Positions 20,001 through 29,689 of a stretch of 64,000 bases of DNA are shown in pieces. The position numbers and the translations under genes were made by a program. Source of the stretch: an uncultured bacterium (GTDB lineage: Bacteria; Desulfobacterota; Binatia; HRBIN30; CADEER01); the NCBI GenBank assembly GCA_963757755.1, contig CAVWTK010000007.1, positions 66,188 to 130,187 of the forward strand, written 5' to 3'. Each line of letters starts with the position of its first letter. Within the stretch, counting starts at the first letter, position 1. The notes below the pieces were generated by a model. That model was given only the letters and a program-made list of their open reading frames with translations, did not search any database and had not been told where the DNA came from.

Positions 20001-21589
20001 TCGCCGGTCCACCAGTAGTCGCGGATGAGCTCGCTGCGCGGGCGCGTCTTCACGACATCCGGCGGGACAGGGGTGACCGGATAGATATCGAACGAGTTGC
20101 TCATCGCCCCGAGGCCGAGGTTGCGGCGGAAGCTGATGTTCTCTTCCGAGCCGTGCTCCTCGTAGAAGATGTGGCCGACGATGCGAGCACAGACGTTGTC
20201 CTCGACGTCGAGGTTCGACGTCATGTGCATGGTGATGCACTTGTTGAAGCTGTGGTGGATGCTGTTGGCGCGGATCTTCGGCGCATTCTTGGCGTCGCCG
20301 GCCATGTGCAGATGGATGGGGTAGCTGCCGAGCTGATCCTTGCCGAACTTCTCCAGCTCGACACCGACGATGGCGACGTCGGGCACGGTGCCGCCGTCGT
20401 CGCCGGCGATGCGGATCTCGCCACCCCAGTGGAGGCCCGGGTCGGGGCGCGCGTCGCTGTCCGGCGGCGGCGCCGCCGGCGTGGTCGCCGTCAGCGTGAT
20501 CGAGCGACTGATGAGGCCGACCTCGGCGCGCTCGTCGACACCGAAGTTCTGCGCGGCCGGATCGTTGTAGTTGAGGGGGCCCGGCTCGGAGAGACACGGC
20601 GCCGTGCAGCCGGACACCGATCCGCAGGCCACCACCTGCGTCACGCCGTTCACCGCGCAGCGCTGGCTCGGCGTCGGCGCCTGGGAGCCGAAGTGTGAGA
20701 ATTTCAGTCCCTGACGGGTCTTCACGATGCTGCCGCCGGCGGAGTCGGCGGTGGGCGCGCTGGCGAGCTGCACGAACTCCGTCTCGAACGGGCTGAAGCT
20801 GCTGGTCGCGACGACGATCCAGTCGCCGTTCTCCCAGGGCCGCTGCCCCTTGGTGACGTCGGCCGCGAGGTGCAGGGTCGAGCCGCCGCTGTCGGACGCC
20901 GCCGGCGCCGCTTCGCTCAGCACGGTCCAGCTCACGCCCGGCGCGCCGGCGGCGGCAGCCGGATTGGGGACGCCCTTCGATCCGTACAGGTGGAGCTTCC
21001 CGCCGGGTCGCACCTCGATGCCCTTCACCGACCCGTCGTCGCACCCCTGGGCAGGGTTGCACGAAGCATCGCGAGCGCCTGTGAACGTCACCGTCACGTG
21101 CGCCTTGGGGTGATAGCCCATCGGACAGTCGGCGGTGCCGATGCCGAAGAGGCCGCCCGACTCGATGCGGATGCCGGCGGTGGTGAGGCTGAGCGTGTCG
21201 GGCGTCTTCAGCTCGGTATCGGCGAGGTCGGGGAAGACCAGCTTGCCGCCGGCGTTGATGACGATCTTGCCGAGCGCCTTGGCGCCGACGAAATCCTCGT
21301 CGACGACGACGTTGGGACCGCACCCGTCGGCGCCGCCGATGACGATGGAGCCATCGCCCTTCTTCGCGCAGCTCGACAACCCCACCGGCTCAGGCGTCGG
21401 TGCCGCCGCCGGGTCGGCGGCGGCGCCGGAGCGCAGCGCGCTCGCCGATTCGTCGTTGAAGGCGTCGGCGCACGTCGCGGGCACCCGCTGCGTGCCGCCG
21501 CCACCGCCACCGCCGCTGTCCCCACACGCGGAGACGGCCAACACCACGGCCAAAATCAGCACTCGCGATCGACCCTGAATCCCAAGCAT
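17072..21589 (-). CDS. G8-domain, CEMIP/TMEM2-like beta-helix lipoprotein, 1505 aa (contains a ~170-nt out-of-frame patch)
   Basis: ATG 21589 follows AAGGAG, with lipobox AVSACG. G8-like IVINAGGKLVF...IRIESGGLFGIG...WENGDWIVVATSSF. Core LGSYPIHLHMAGD...ANSIHHSFNKCITMHMTSNLDVEDNVCARIVGHIFYEEHGSEE parallels CEMIP/TMEM2. Confidence 0.75.
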   Translation of the reverse strand: MLGIQGRSRVLILAVVLAVSACGDSGGGGGGGTQRVPATCADAFNDESASALRSGAAADPAAAPTPEPVGLSSCAKKGDGSIVIGGADGCGPNVVVDEDFVGAKALGKIVINAGGKLVFPDLADTELKTPDTLSLTTAGIRIESGGLFGIGTADCPMGYHPKAHVTVTFTGARDASCNPAQGCDDGSVKGIEVRPGGKLHLYGSKGVPNPAAAAGAPGVSWTVLSEAAPAASDSGGSTLHLAADVTKGQRPWENGDWIVVATSSFSPFETEFVQLASAPTADSAGGSIVKTRQGLKFSHFGSQAPTPSQRCAVNGVTQVVACGSVSGCTAPCLSEPGPLNYNDPAAQNFGVDERAEVGLISRSITLTATTPAAPPPDSDARPDPGLHWGGEIRIAGDDGGTVPDVAIVGVELEKFGKDQLGSYPIHLHMAGDAKNAPKIRANSIHHSFNKCITMHMTSNLDVEDNVCARIVGHIFYEEHGSEENISFRRNLGLGAMSNSFDIYPVTPVPPDVVKTRPRSELIRDYWWTGDNLAKEAGYHYDGFNIPNTDNQKNPTHGSCKKPDGNGGFGVVREPYVTDGSRPQDPPRACDPDEIYTEPASGFWITNPTTELIGNAIGGCQGVGRGFWWVPPTVPLMIGGQLQDLKYKPIGIPGHPHAFLNNRAHGCYAGYYGEPDHGVISEQLFSHKDGTSTGQPVITQLDGMTATRNRFRGVWLRPTWFVLKDGRFATNRESVTLVTSGGLDGNAPGVWLLLKDSVLVGVSQNNVSRFGQCPRNNVNGIFTGGQFGCIDHTPPPTGVVAHSGDEMGEGYPTPNWNMFGYMLYDGPVRVFDDRFVNFRKDPSSLLTAADNAFLATYASQNTPTAQVCVSGTNKGHHCNTPADCCAKPGDCLNSCPLPNVLCADGNNPNCCAKAEGCNTHFVYEGDAAFGWFQSNQSALSDRDRHPRPELGEHRPAPPDLYRAGQPQSPLQRRRQEHRHRRRGRNADRLWRALHARPGETIHPISLNNLPFNATSNAVNECLSTGAQNQHFEGRDTSLISPGSLATLEFSTLYPWLDKVDGNDVPFPGPDFDQTHTQFVTFTRDDPETDANGGPRRDALGNVIHAAMTLHGRDGRGVWEPKVTSGFGYTVATSPAPTFPRSTGKAGIANIMTVGVVDVVKPNVSAEKPFFIRLGICYANADGSHPQDPTKFKIQRGYKSFLGGLVEPTDPDLLKYWSPSACDNLDSSHTVNITTPTCPGPRPRTVQKTGGACPDGSTPTGDGTACVFPTDDLDRVDDAAAMLNGDGTPNLRRYFYDKATGMLFLWVAQDEPNPIAPSPLGSCTGNPATDDPSCPDVAHGESYYACPKDGCHLYVIKLDDPAYSPGPSTCQPYDTYAHAPFAPQGKLVLYGTDTTIEPALGLDKAGDPFHTASAATDPQCTLTTAVASEAERTSATGARASAPAGSNAASQRDGNDRVDGASTPRTGGGLSDDEQGISALPSLAVPTLTPLWVVPDTPTPTPEVGDR

Positions 21590-21795
21590 CACCGGCTCCT
21601 TCGATCGATCCGCCACGGTTGGACCTCGGATCGAGACGCCAGACTGACGGATTTCGTTCATTGAGGACAGGCAGGGTCTTCGAGCGGTCGGCCCCCGACT
21701 GGCCGGCGCCGCTCCCGCGGCGCCGGCCGGCGGCGATGATGGCGAGCAGGCGTTCAGGCAGCGCCGCGGGCGCGCGCCTACCCTTCCGGCCCCGG

Positions 21796-22977
21796 CTACG
21801 CCGAAGGACACTCCACTGGCAGGTGCTCGAGGCCGCAGATGAAATTCGAGGGACGGCGCGGCGGAGGCTCGGCATCGGCAAGCGCCAGCGTCGGCATGCG
21901 CCGGACGAGCTCCTCGAAGAACACCCGCAGCTCGAGGCGGGCGAGACTGGCGCCGAGGCAGAAATGCGCGCCGATGCCGAAGGCGACGTGGTCGTTGGGC
22001 GAGCGCCCGACGTCGAATCGGTGCGGATCGCGGAACACCGCGGCATCGCGGTTGGCGGCCGGATACAGGAGCAGCACCTTCTGCCCGGCCTCGATGCGCT
22101 GGCCATGCCACTCGACGTCGCGGGCGGCGGTGCGCGCCATGTTCTGGATCGGGCTCACCCAGCGCAGCATCTCCTCGACCGCGGCGGGAATCCGCGATGG
22201 ATCGCGCGCCAGCGCCTGCAGCTGCTCCGGATGCCGCAACAGCTCGTACATGCCGCCGCTCAGCACATGGCGGGTGGTCTCGTCGCCACCGATGAGGATG
22301 AGCAGGCTCTCCATCAACAGGTCGTTGTCGCTCAGGCGCTCGCCGGCGATCTCGGCGTGCACCAGGATGCTCACGAGGTCGTCGCGCGGGTGCGCGCGCC
22401 GGTCGGCGATCACCTGCCGCTGGTAGGTGATGTAGTCGTCGAATGCGGCCGCCGCCTGGATCATCTTCTCGGGATCCGTGGTGCCGTCGCCCTGAATCAT
22501 CGCCTCCGACCACGCGAGCAGGCGCGCGTGATCGTCCGGCTCGACCCCGAGCAGGTCGCCGATGACGATCAGCGGCAGCCACGCGGCGACGTCGCCGACG
22601 AAATCGAAGCGGCCGCGCGCCCGCGCCCGCTCGATGAGATCGGCGCTGATCTCGCGAATGCGCGGCTCGTGCTCCTGCACGCGGCGCGGCGTGAAGCCGC
22701 GGCTCACCAGGCCGCGCCGCTGCCGATGGGCCGGGTCGTCGAGGTCGATCATGTACGGCATCGGCGGTTGGGTCGGCCGGATGCCGCCACCGTTCTGGAA
22801 GGTCTGCGGGTCCTTCGCCGCCAGCAGCAGGTCGGCATAGCGCGTGATGCCCCAGACCTGGCCGTCCCAGTAGAGCGGCGCGTGCTCGCGCATCCAGTCG
22901 AAGGCGGGGTGCGGGTCCTGGGCGTAGAACGCGCCGTCGGCGAGATCGATGGACGATCGGATCGGATGGTCAGCCAT
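21796..22977 (-). CDS. Cytochrome P450, 393 aa
   Basis: I-helix LLILIGGDETT, EXXR (EEMLRW), and haem-binding loop FGIGAHFCLGASLA. Confidence 0.95.
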   Translation of the reverse strand: MADHPIRSSIDLADGAFYAQDPHPAFDWMREHAPLYWDGQVWGITRYADLLLAAKDPQTFQNGGGIRPTQPPMPYMIDLDDPAHRQRRGLVSRGFTPRRVQEHEPRIREISADLIERARARGRFDFVGDVAAWLPLIVIGDLLGVEPDDHARLLAWSEAMIQGDGTTDPEKMIQAAAAFDDYITYQRQVIADRRAHPRDDLVSILVHAEIAGERLSDNDLLMESLLILIGGDETTRHVLSGGMYELLRHPEQLQALARDPSRIPAAVEEMLRWVSPIQNMARTAARDVEWHGQRIEAGQKVLLLYPAANRDAAVFRDPHRFDVGRSPNDHVAFGIGAHFCLGASLARLELRVFFEELVRRMPTLALADAEPPPRRPSNFICGLEHLPVECPSA

Positions 22978-23339
22978 CAGGCGCGCTTACCATACGGGAT
23001 CAGCGGCGTTCGAGATGCCGGAGGTGGCTCCCTGTCCTGATCAGTCGTCCGGAGCCCTGACAGCCGGCAGCGGGCACGCGATTCAGCGCCCGCGCCTGCT
23101 TCAGCGCGGAGCACCGCTCGACTCAGAGCGTTGGCCGCAACGGCGCGCACCTGTTCGACGCGTGCGAAACCGCCTACACGGCTGGCACGAAGACCGGTAC
23201 GCGGAACGAAACCGATGGCTTCACCACGTGCATCGATGACAAGGGTGTCGCAGGCCGCACTCGGTGCGGGCCCGCGACCTCACCTGGGCGCTCGCCTCTC
23301 CGCCGCGCCCCGTTCCCCCCTGAAGAAGGAGCCGCACCG

Positions 23340-23828
23340 ATGGCGACCAAGACGGACTTCACGACCGACGAGTGGGTACAGCTGCTGAAGGCTCCGGGAT
23401 GGGCGAGCATCGCCGTCGTCGCGGCGAGCCCGAGCGGACCGATCGGCGTGATCAAGGAGCTGTTCGCGGCCGGGAAGCTCCTCGCCGAGGCCAAACAGGG
23501 AGCGCAGAATCCGCTGGTCAGCGCGGTGGTCAACGACCTCATCACCAGCGAAGGGCGCCACCAGGCGCAGCCGAGCGACGTGGCGGGGAAGTCGCCGGAC
23601 GAGGTGCGGACGGCGGCGATCGCCTCGCTGAAGCAGGTCGCGACGCTGGTGGACGCGAAAGCGAACGCCGACGCCGACGGCTTCAAGCGATGGCTCGCCG
23701 TGCTCGCCGAGCGGGTCGCGCAGGCGTCGAAGGAAGGCGGCTTCCTCGGCATCGGTGGGACGCGCGTCAGCGAGCCGGAGGCCGCGACGCTCAGCGAGAT
23801 CGGCAAGGCCCTGGGCATCGCGAGCTGA
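23340..23828 (+). CDS. Conserved hypothetical protein, 162 aa
   Basis: ATG follows GAAGGAG. Non-biased helical sequence (TDEWVQLLKAPGWASIAVV..., GFLGIGGTRVSEPEAATLSEIGKALG). No family assigned. Confidence 0.6.
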   Translation: MATKTDFTTDEWVQLLKAPGWASIAVVAASPSGPIGVIKELFAAGKLLAEAKQGAQNPLVSAVVNDLITSEGRHQAQPSDVAGKSPDEVRTAAIASLKQVATLVDAKANADADGFKRWLAVLAERVAQASKEGGFLGIGGTRVSEPEAATLSEIGKALGIAS

Positions 23829-23875
23829 TCGCCGGCGCGGCAAGCGCCGTATCCGTCGGGCGGGCCGCCTGCGCC

Positions 23876-26800
23876 TAGCGCACCTGGCGACTGTCGCCGG
23901 TGACGCGCAACTTCCAGTCCTCGAGCACGGCCTCGCCGCGCTCGCTCGTCGCGTCGTCGAGGTTCAGGTGGCTGGTCAGGTAGTACAGCCGATCGATGTC
24001 GGCGCTGTGTCCCGGCCCCTCGCGATGCGGCATCGAAGCGCTGCTGCAGGTAGAAGGGCGGAATCGACTGGTAGTACAGCGTCGCCTGCACCCGGTCGGC
24101 GCGCTGCAGGAGCTCCGGTCCGAGCGGGATGACGGTACTCGATCTATCGGCGCCCGTCAGCTTCGGATCGAAGTAGTACGAGGGATCGTTCGCCTCGTCG
24201 CCGTGCAGAACGGCGAGCGCGCGGATGTAGGGCGACGACGACGCGCGCGAACTGGTTCGGATCGTAGCCCTTCGGCCGGATGCGGTTGTCCTTGACTGTC
24301 GTCGACGCGGCGCAGGAAGCTCGTGGTGACGGCACCGTCCGAGTCGCGCGATCAGCTCCTGGTAGATCTGCACCTGCTCGCCGGACGTCGATCACCTGGT
24401 AGTGCGGCTGGATGCGGCGCGGCGGGGAAGCGCACCGGCTGCTCGCTCTCCAGCACGCGGTCGGACGACCCGTCGAGCAGGAAGCCGAGCGCGTTGGTGC
24501 GGCCCGACGCCCAGAGCGGCGTCCCCTGCGCGGTCGAGCACCAGCAGCTCGACGAAGAGCGCCGGAAGCCGACGCCGGTCGGCAGATAGTGCCCGGTGAG
24601 GTTGCGTACGGTGACGCTGGCGCGCAGCCGCCCGTCCGCGCGTCTTCCGCACGCCGCCGACCTCACCGTCGCGGTGTCGTTGCGCGGCCATCTCCAGCAT
24701 CGACTCGAAGCCGGTGAACAGCGGCAGCTCCATCGGTAGGCCCTGCGAGAACGGCGGCGCCGGCGGGTCGAGCGGCGACGGCTGCTCCGACATCCAGTCG
24801 ATCTGCTGGAAGCCGAGCAGCAGCGGGAACTGCTGGAAGAACTGGTTCAGGAAGACGTTCAGCCCGTGCAGCGAGTGGCGCGCTGAAGTGGTTGCGCGTG
24901 GTCAGCTGCGATGTCCGCGTCGGGCAGGCGATGGGTCGTGGGCGGGAACTGCGTTCGACTCGCTGTTGGCGATCTTGAACGCGAGCGCGTCGCCCTTGTA
25001 GTCGGTCGGCATGTGGCAGTCCTGGCAGGAGCGGAACTGCGCGCCGGGACGGCCGCTGTCGCTGTTGGTCCATTCCAGGTGGGTCGACTGCTCGTAGCAC
25101 GCGCCGAGGCGTTGGCCGGCGTTGTCGAAGATCGGCAGCAGGATGTTGTGACAGCTGCCGCAGAGCTCCGAGCGCTGCGATCTGCTCGCCGTACATCGGC
25201 GTCAGCGCCGAGCGCATGCTCCATCGGCTTGGCTGACGACCGTGTCGTCCTTGTACGGGACCGTAGATCTCCTCCGCCGGGCCGGTGACGAAGTTGCCGG
25301 TGTAGGTGCGCTCCTCGCCGAGGTCGGTGGCGGCGACGTGGTGGCACACCGTGCACGACACGCCGTCGCGCGCCGAGCGCGCCGTAGAGCTGCTGGTCGT
25401 TCTCCGTCGCGCCCGGCCACTGCTGCAGCGCGTCGCGCCGGAACGGCTGGCCGAGCGGCACCTCGGGCGGCGGCGGGATGGCGAACATGTCGGCGCACGC
25501 GGTCGTCGCCCTGCACTGCGCCGTGTCGGTCGGCGAACTGCCGCTCGCCCATCGCGCCGTGGCAGTGCAGGCAGGTGTCTCTCGATGCAGGCGGTGCGAG
25601 TCGGCCAGGCGGTTGGTCTCGCGCCTGCAGCTGCGCGAAGAAGATCGGGTCGCGACCCGACAGGCCCATCGGCGAGACGCGCCATTCGCCGTACGGCGAG
25701 AGGTTGCGCAGCCGGCTCGTGCGCGCCGGCCTGCTCCTCGACCTGCACCATGTTCGGCAGCAGCGGGCTCTGCGGCGTCGCGTTGTGGCAGGCGTTGCAC
25801 TGCGCCGCGGTGAGGAACTGCCCCGGGCCGGCGTGCGCCGAGATGACCTGCTGGTCGTAGGTCTCGGCCGGCATGCGCGTCGCCCACACGTCGGCGAAGC
25901 TGCACCGGCGCCAGCTGGTCGAAGACGTCGACGAATCCCGGTTGCGGCGCCGGCAGCGGCGTCGGGAACGGCGAGAACGACGATTGGGTCGGCGTCGGCT
26001 CGATCGCCGGCGTGGCCGTCGAACGCCTTGTAGCGCAGCTCCTTGCCGAGGATGTTGTCCATCGAGGCGAACGTCGACTCCGACTCGGCCGTCGCGTGGC
26101 AGCTCAGGCAGTAGGGGTGGCCCGCGAGCGGGATCAGCATCACGACGTTCGGCACCTTGAGCGGCTGCTGCAGGCACGCTGCCGGTCGGGTACCAGCGGG
26201 TCGTCACGATCGGATCGGGAACGTGCCGCCGGTGAAGGCCGACGCGGTCGAGCAGCGGCGGCGGAAACTGCGGCGCCGGATGCCGATGTCGGGCTGCTGC
26301 AGCATCCAGTACCAGCCGTCGTTGGACGCCGGCGCTCGTCTTGATCATCGGCGCCCAGAACACCGGACAGTTCGAGCGGGCTCGTCGACGATGTCCATGC
26401 AGCCGTCGGCGGCCGACGTGGATCGTCAGAGCCGCCGAACAGACAGCGACATCGCCTTCACCATCATCGCGCCGTCGGGGATCTCGCCCTGCCGGCCGTT
26501 GCACAGCCAGTCGACGACCTCGGGCGAGTAGTAGACGCGCAGCGGGAAGTGCGGGCCGTAGTTGTTGCCTGTAGCTGCCGTCCGGCGGCACGACCGACGG
26601 GCCGCTGAAGCGCCAGTGTTCGTCGGCGATCCAGCCGAGCCCCTCGTAATCCTGCGGTCGACCAGGAACGTCTCCAGCCGCACGTTGTAGGCCTGATAGG
26701 CGACGAAGTCGGCCGGCGGCGGCGGATCGCGCAGATCGGCCGGCAGCGGCTGGCCGCGATCCGGATGCGCCGCGCACCAGGCGTCGATCTCCGCCTGCGT

Positions 26801-26977
26801 CGCCGGTCCGGTCGAATCCTCGCAGATCCATTCCCGCGGGTCGTCGGGCAGAACCCGGGTCGACGGCTGCGTGGGGACATCGGATCCGGATCCGCCGCAG
26901 CCTCCGAGCACGATCGCGGCCGCGACCGCGGCGACCAGACAGCGCCATGCCCTGCCCGCCTCGACCCGCTCTCCCAT
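23876..26977 (-). pseudogene. Multihaem c-type cytochrome lipoprotein (~1030 codons) fragmented by more than 20 frame changes
   Basis: Lipobox VLGGCGG. Six CXXCH motifs are spread over three frames: CLSCH, CNACH, CLHCH, CTVCH, CGSCH, CQDCH. Protein-like sense hops between frames every ~40-300 nt (e.g. PYKDDTVVSQ / KPMEHALG / LTPMYGEQIA / SELCGSCHNILLPIFDN). The C-terminus ...ATLYYQSIPPFYLQQRF... ends at TAG 23876. Confidence 0.7.
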
Positions 26978-27129
26978 CGCCTCTCGCATCCGCATCCGCC
27001 AGGGCATTCTACGTGCGAACGAAGACCTTCATAGCGCTTTCTCGGATGGAGGCGCCCTCCACCAACGGCGCCGCGCCCGCGTTGGCGGCCTGCGGCCGTG
27101 GCGATCGATCGTCGCGCCGGCCCGCGGTC

Positions 27130-27786
27130 CTACTTCATCGCCGCGAGCCGACGCTTCCGCCGCGTGGCCGGCTGCGGCGGGGCCTCGCCGACCGCGTGCA
27201 TCGCCAACGCGGCATCGACGACGGCGGCAATGGGGCGCGTGTACCCGGACGCGATCCACTCGAGCGCGATCTGGGTGACGCCGCCGAAGATGCCGGCCGC
27301 CAGCAACTCGGGCGGCGCCCCGCCCGGACGGGATGCGATCGTCGGCGCCAGCTGCGCGATCCACGCCGACACCGCTTCCCGCACCACCGCATCCACGGCC
27401 GGGCTGACGCCGCCGATCTCCACCAGGAAGACGCGCGCCGCCTGTGGATGCGCGCGCAACGCCTCGAAGTAGGCATGCAGCATCGCGCGTTTCGCCTCGC
27501 TCGGTTCCATCGATCGCGCCGCCGCGATCAATCCCTCGCGCGTCCGCTGCGCCACCGCCTGATAGGCCGCCGCCAGGAGCGCATCACTGCTCGGGAACGA
27601 CTCGTAGAAGTACCGTTCGGTGAGCCCCGCCGCCTCGCACACCGCTTTCACCGAGGCGTTGCGATAGCCGACCTGGCCGTAGACGAGGATGGCCGCCTCG
27701 ACGAGCGCGGCCCGCCGCTCGGCGCGCCGCTCGCCGACGGATCGACCGCCATAGACACGGGCGGGAACGGCGCACTTTGTCCGCAC
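27130..27786 (-). CDS. TetR-family transcriptional regulator, ~218 aa (start uncertain: GTG 27786 or TTG 27801)
   Basis: HTH region [39 protein letters not shown]. Divergent from the monooxygenase gene. Confidence 0.85.
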   Translation of the reverse strand: MRTKCAVPARVYGGRSVGERRAERRAALVEAAILVYGQVGYRNASVKAVCEAAGLTERYFYESFPSSDALLAAAYQAVAQRTREGLIAAARSMEPSEAKRAMLHAYFEALRAHPQAARVFLVEIGGVSPAVDAVVREAVSAWIAQLAPTIASRPGGAPPELLAAGIFGGVTQIALEWIASGYTRPIAAVVDAALAMHAVGEAPPQPATRRKRRLAAMK

Positions 27787-27795
27787 GCCCCAAGT

Positions 27796-27844
27796 TGACA
27801 CGGCTCGTTGTCAGATGCAAGATTTCTGACACGGAGGATTGTCA
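27796..27844. promoter_or_regulatory. Two copies of TGACACGG-N5-TGTCA (TGACA-N8-TGTCA) inverted repeat: candidate TetR operators
   Basis: 27796-27813 is tgacacggctcgttgtca and 27827-27844 is tgacacggaggattgtca, with centres 31 bp apart. The first overlaps a TTGACA hexamer; the second overlaps the GGAGGA SD of the BVMO gene. Confidence 0.5.
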
Positions 27845-27845
27845 C

Positions 27846-29684
27846 TTGGCCTCAGACGCATCGCCCCCCCTCGCTTGCCCCGTCTCGCCCGACGCCGCCC
27901 CGGCGTTCGATCCCGACGCGTTGCGCGAGCGCTATCGCGCCGAGCGCGACAAGCGGCTGCGCGCCGACGGCAACGATCAGTATCTCGAGGTGACGGGCGA
28001 CTTCGCCCGCTTCGTCGACGACCCCTACGTCGCGCCGGGATTCGCGCGCGCGCCGCTCACCGACGAGGTCGAGGTGGCGATCATCGGCGGCGGCTTCGGT
28101 GGCCTGCTGGCCGGCGCGCGGCTGCGCGAGGCCGGCGTCGAGGACGTGCGGATCATCGAGAAGGGCGGCGACTTCGGCGGCACCTGGTACTGGAACCGCT
28201 ACCCCGGCGCGATGTGCGACGTCGAGTCGTACATCTACCTGCCGCTGCTCGAGGAGCTCGCCTACGTGCCGACCGAGAAGTACGCGCGCGCGCCGGAGAT
28301 CCTCGCCCACAGCCGCGCGATCGGCCGCAGGTTCGATCTCTACCGCAACGCGTGCTTCCAGACGGAAGTGACGGCGATGCACTGGGACGATGCCGCCGCG
28401 CGCTGGATCATCGAGACCAACCGCGGCGACCGGATGCGGGCGCGCTTCGTCTGCATGGCCAACGGGCCGCTCAACCGGCCGAAGCTGCCGGGCATCCCCG
28501 GCGTCGAATCGTTCGCCGGCCACGCCTTTCACACCAGTCGCTGGGACTACGGATATACCGGCGGCGATGCGAGCGGCGGACTGACCGGGCTCCGCGGCAA
28601 GCGGGTCGGCATCATCGGCACCGGGGCCACCGCCGTGCAGTGCGTGCCGCACGTCGGCGCGGCGGCCGCGCACCTCTACGTCTTCCAGCGCACGCCGTCG
28701 TCGATCGACGTGCGCGCCAACCGCCCGACCGATCCGCAGTGGGCGCGGACGCTCGGGCCGGGCTGGCACCAGCACCGCATGGACAACTTCAACATCCTCG
28801 TCACCGGGGGCTTCCAGGACGAGGATCTGGTGAGCGACGGCTGGACCGACATCATCCGCAAGCTGCTGTTGCTGGTGCGCGCGGACACCGACGGTGCGGT
28901 GGCGCGCGACGGCATCGCCCGCACGCTCGAGCTCGCCGACTTCCAGAAGATGGAGCAGATTCGCGCCCGCGTCGACGCCATCGTCAGGGATCCCGCCACC
29001 GCCGAGGCGCTGAAGCCGTACTACCGGCAGTTCTGCAAGCGGCCCTGCTTCCACGATGAGTATCTCGACACCTTCAACCGCCCGAACGTCACGTTGGTGG
29101 ACACGCAGGGCAAGGGCGTCGACCGCATCACGCCGAAGGGCGTGGTGGTGGCGGGCGTCGAGTACGAGCTCGACTGCCTCATCTACGCCACCGGCTTCGA
29201 GGTGGGCACCGACTACGCGCGCCGCGCCGGCTACGAGCTGGTCGGCCGCGACGGCGTCACCCTCACCGAGCGCTGGGCCGACGGCGTGCGGACCTTGCAC
29301 GGCATGCACAGCCGCGGGTTCCCCAACTGCTTCATCATGAACAACACGCAGTCCGGCTTCACCGTGAACTACCCACACATGCTGAACGAGCAGAGCCGCC
29401 ACATCGCCTACATCGTCCGCCACGCCCTCGACCACGGCGTCCGGGCCGTCGAGGTCTCGGAGGCCGCGGAAGCCGAGTGGGTCGAGACCATCATCCGCCT
29501 CGCCGTCTTCGCGCAGGAGTTCCTCGAGAACTGCACCCCCGGCTACTACAACAACGAGGGCAAGCCCGGAGAGCGCAGCGGCCAGAACGGCTTCTACGGC
29601 GGCGGCTCCGAGGATTACTTCCGGCTGCTGCGCGAGTGGCGCGCCAGCGGTGAGCTGGCGGGACTGGAGCTGACTCGGAACTGA
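27846..29684 (+). CDS. Baeyer-Villiger (type I flavin-dependent) monooxygenase, ~612 aa
   Basis: GGGFGG FAD motif, [19 protein letters not shown] fingerprint [12 protein letters not shown], and a second Rossmann motif [10 protein letters not shown]. Start proposed at TTG 27846 after GGAGGA; the ORF track starts at TTG 27777. Confidence 0.9.
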   Translation: MASDASPPLACPVSPDAAPAFDPDALRERYRAERDKRLRADGNDQYLEVTGDFARFVDDPYVAPGFARAPLTDEVEVAIIGGGFGGLLAGARLREAGVEDVRIIEKGGDFGGTWYWNRYPGAMCDVESYIYLPLLEELAYVPTEKYARAPEILAHSRAIGRRFDLYRNACFQTEVTAMHWDDAAARWIIETNRGDRMRARFVCMANGPLNRPKLPGIPGVESFAGHAFHTSRWDYGYTGGDASGGLTGLRGKRVGIIGTGATAVQCVPHVGAAAAHLYVFQRTPSSIDVRANRPTDPQWARTLGPGWHQHRMDNFNILVTGGFQDEDLVSDGWTDIIRKLLLLVRADTDGAVARDGIARTLELADFQKMEQIRARVDAIVRDPATAEALKPYYRQFCKRPCFHDEYLDTFNRPNVTLVDTQGKGVDRITPKGVVVAGVEYELDCLIYATGFEVGTDYARRAGYELVGRDGVTLTERWADGVRTLHGMHSRGFPNCFIMNNTQSGFTVNYPHMLNEQSRHIAYIVRHALDHGVRAVEVSEAAEAEWVETIIRLAVFAQEFLENCTPGYYNNEGKPGERSGQNGFYGGGSEDYFRLLREWRASGELAGLELTRN

Positions 29685-29689
29685 CTCTT

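Noticed and set aside
21590-22582. N-terminal 331 residues of the 1836-aa ORF 17072..22582.
   Set aside because: This part is Arg-rich nonsense lying out of frame over the P450 gene. A lipoprotein signal peptide with a good SD starts at ATG 21589.
18608-26977. Programmed ribosomal frameshifting to explain frame changes in the G8 and cytochrome genes.
   Set aside because: I saw no slippery heptamers or stimulatory structures at the switch points, and there are far too many switches (over 20) in the cytochrome gene.
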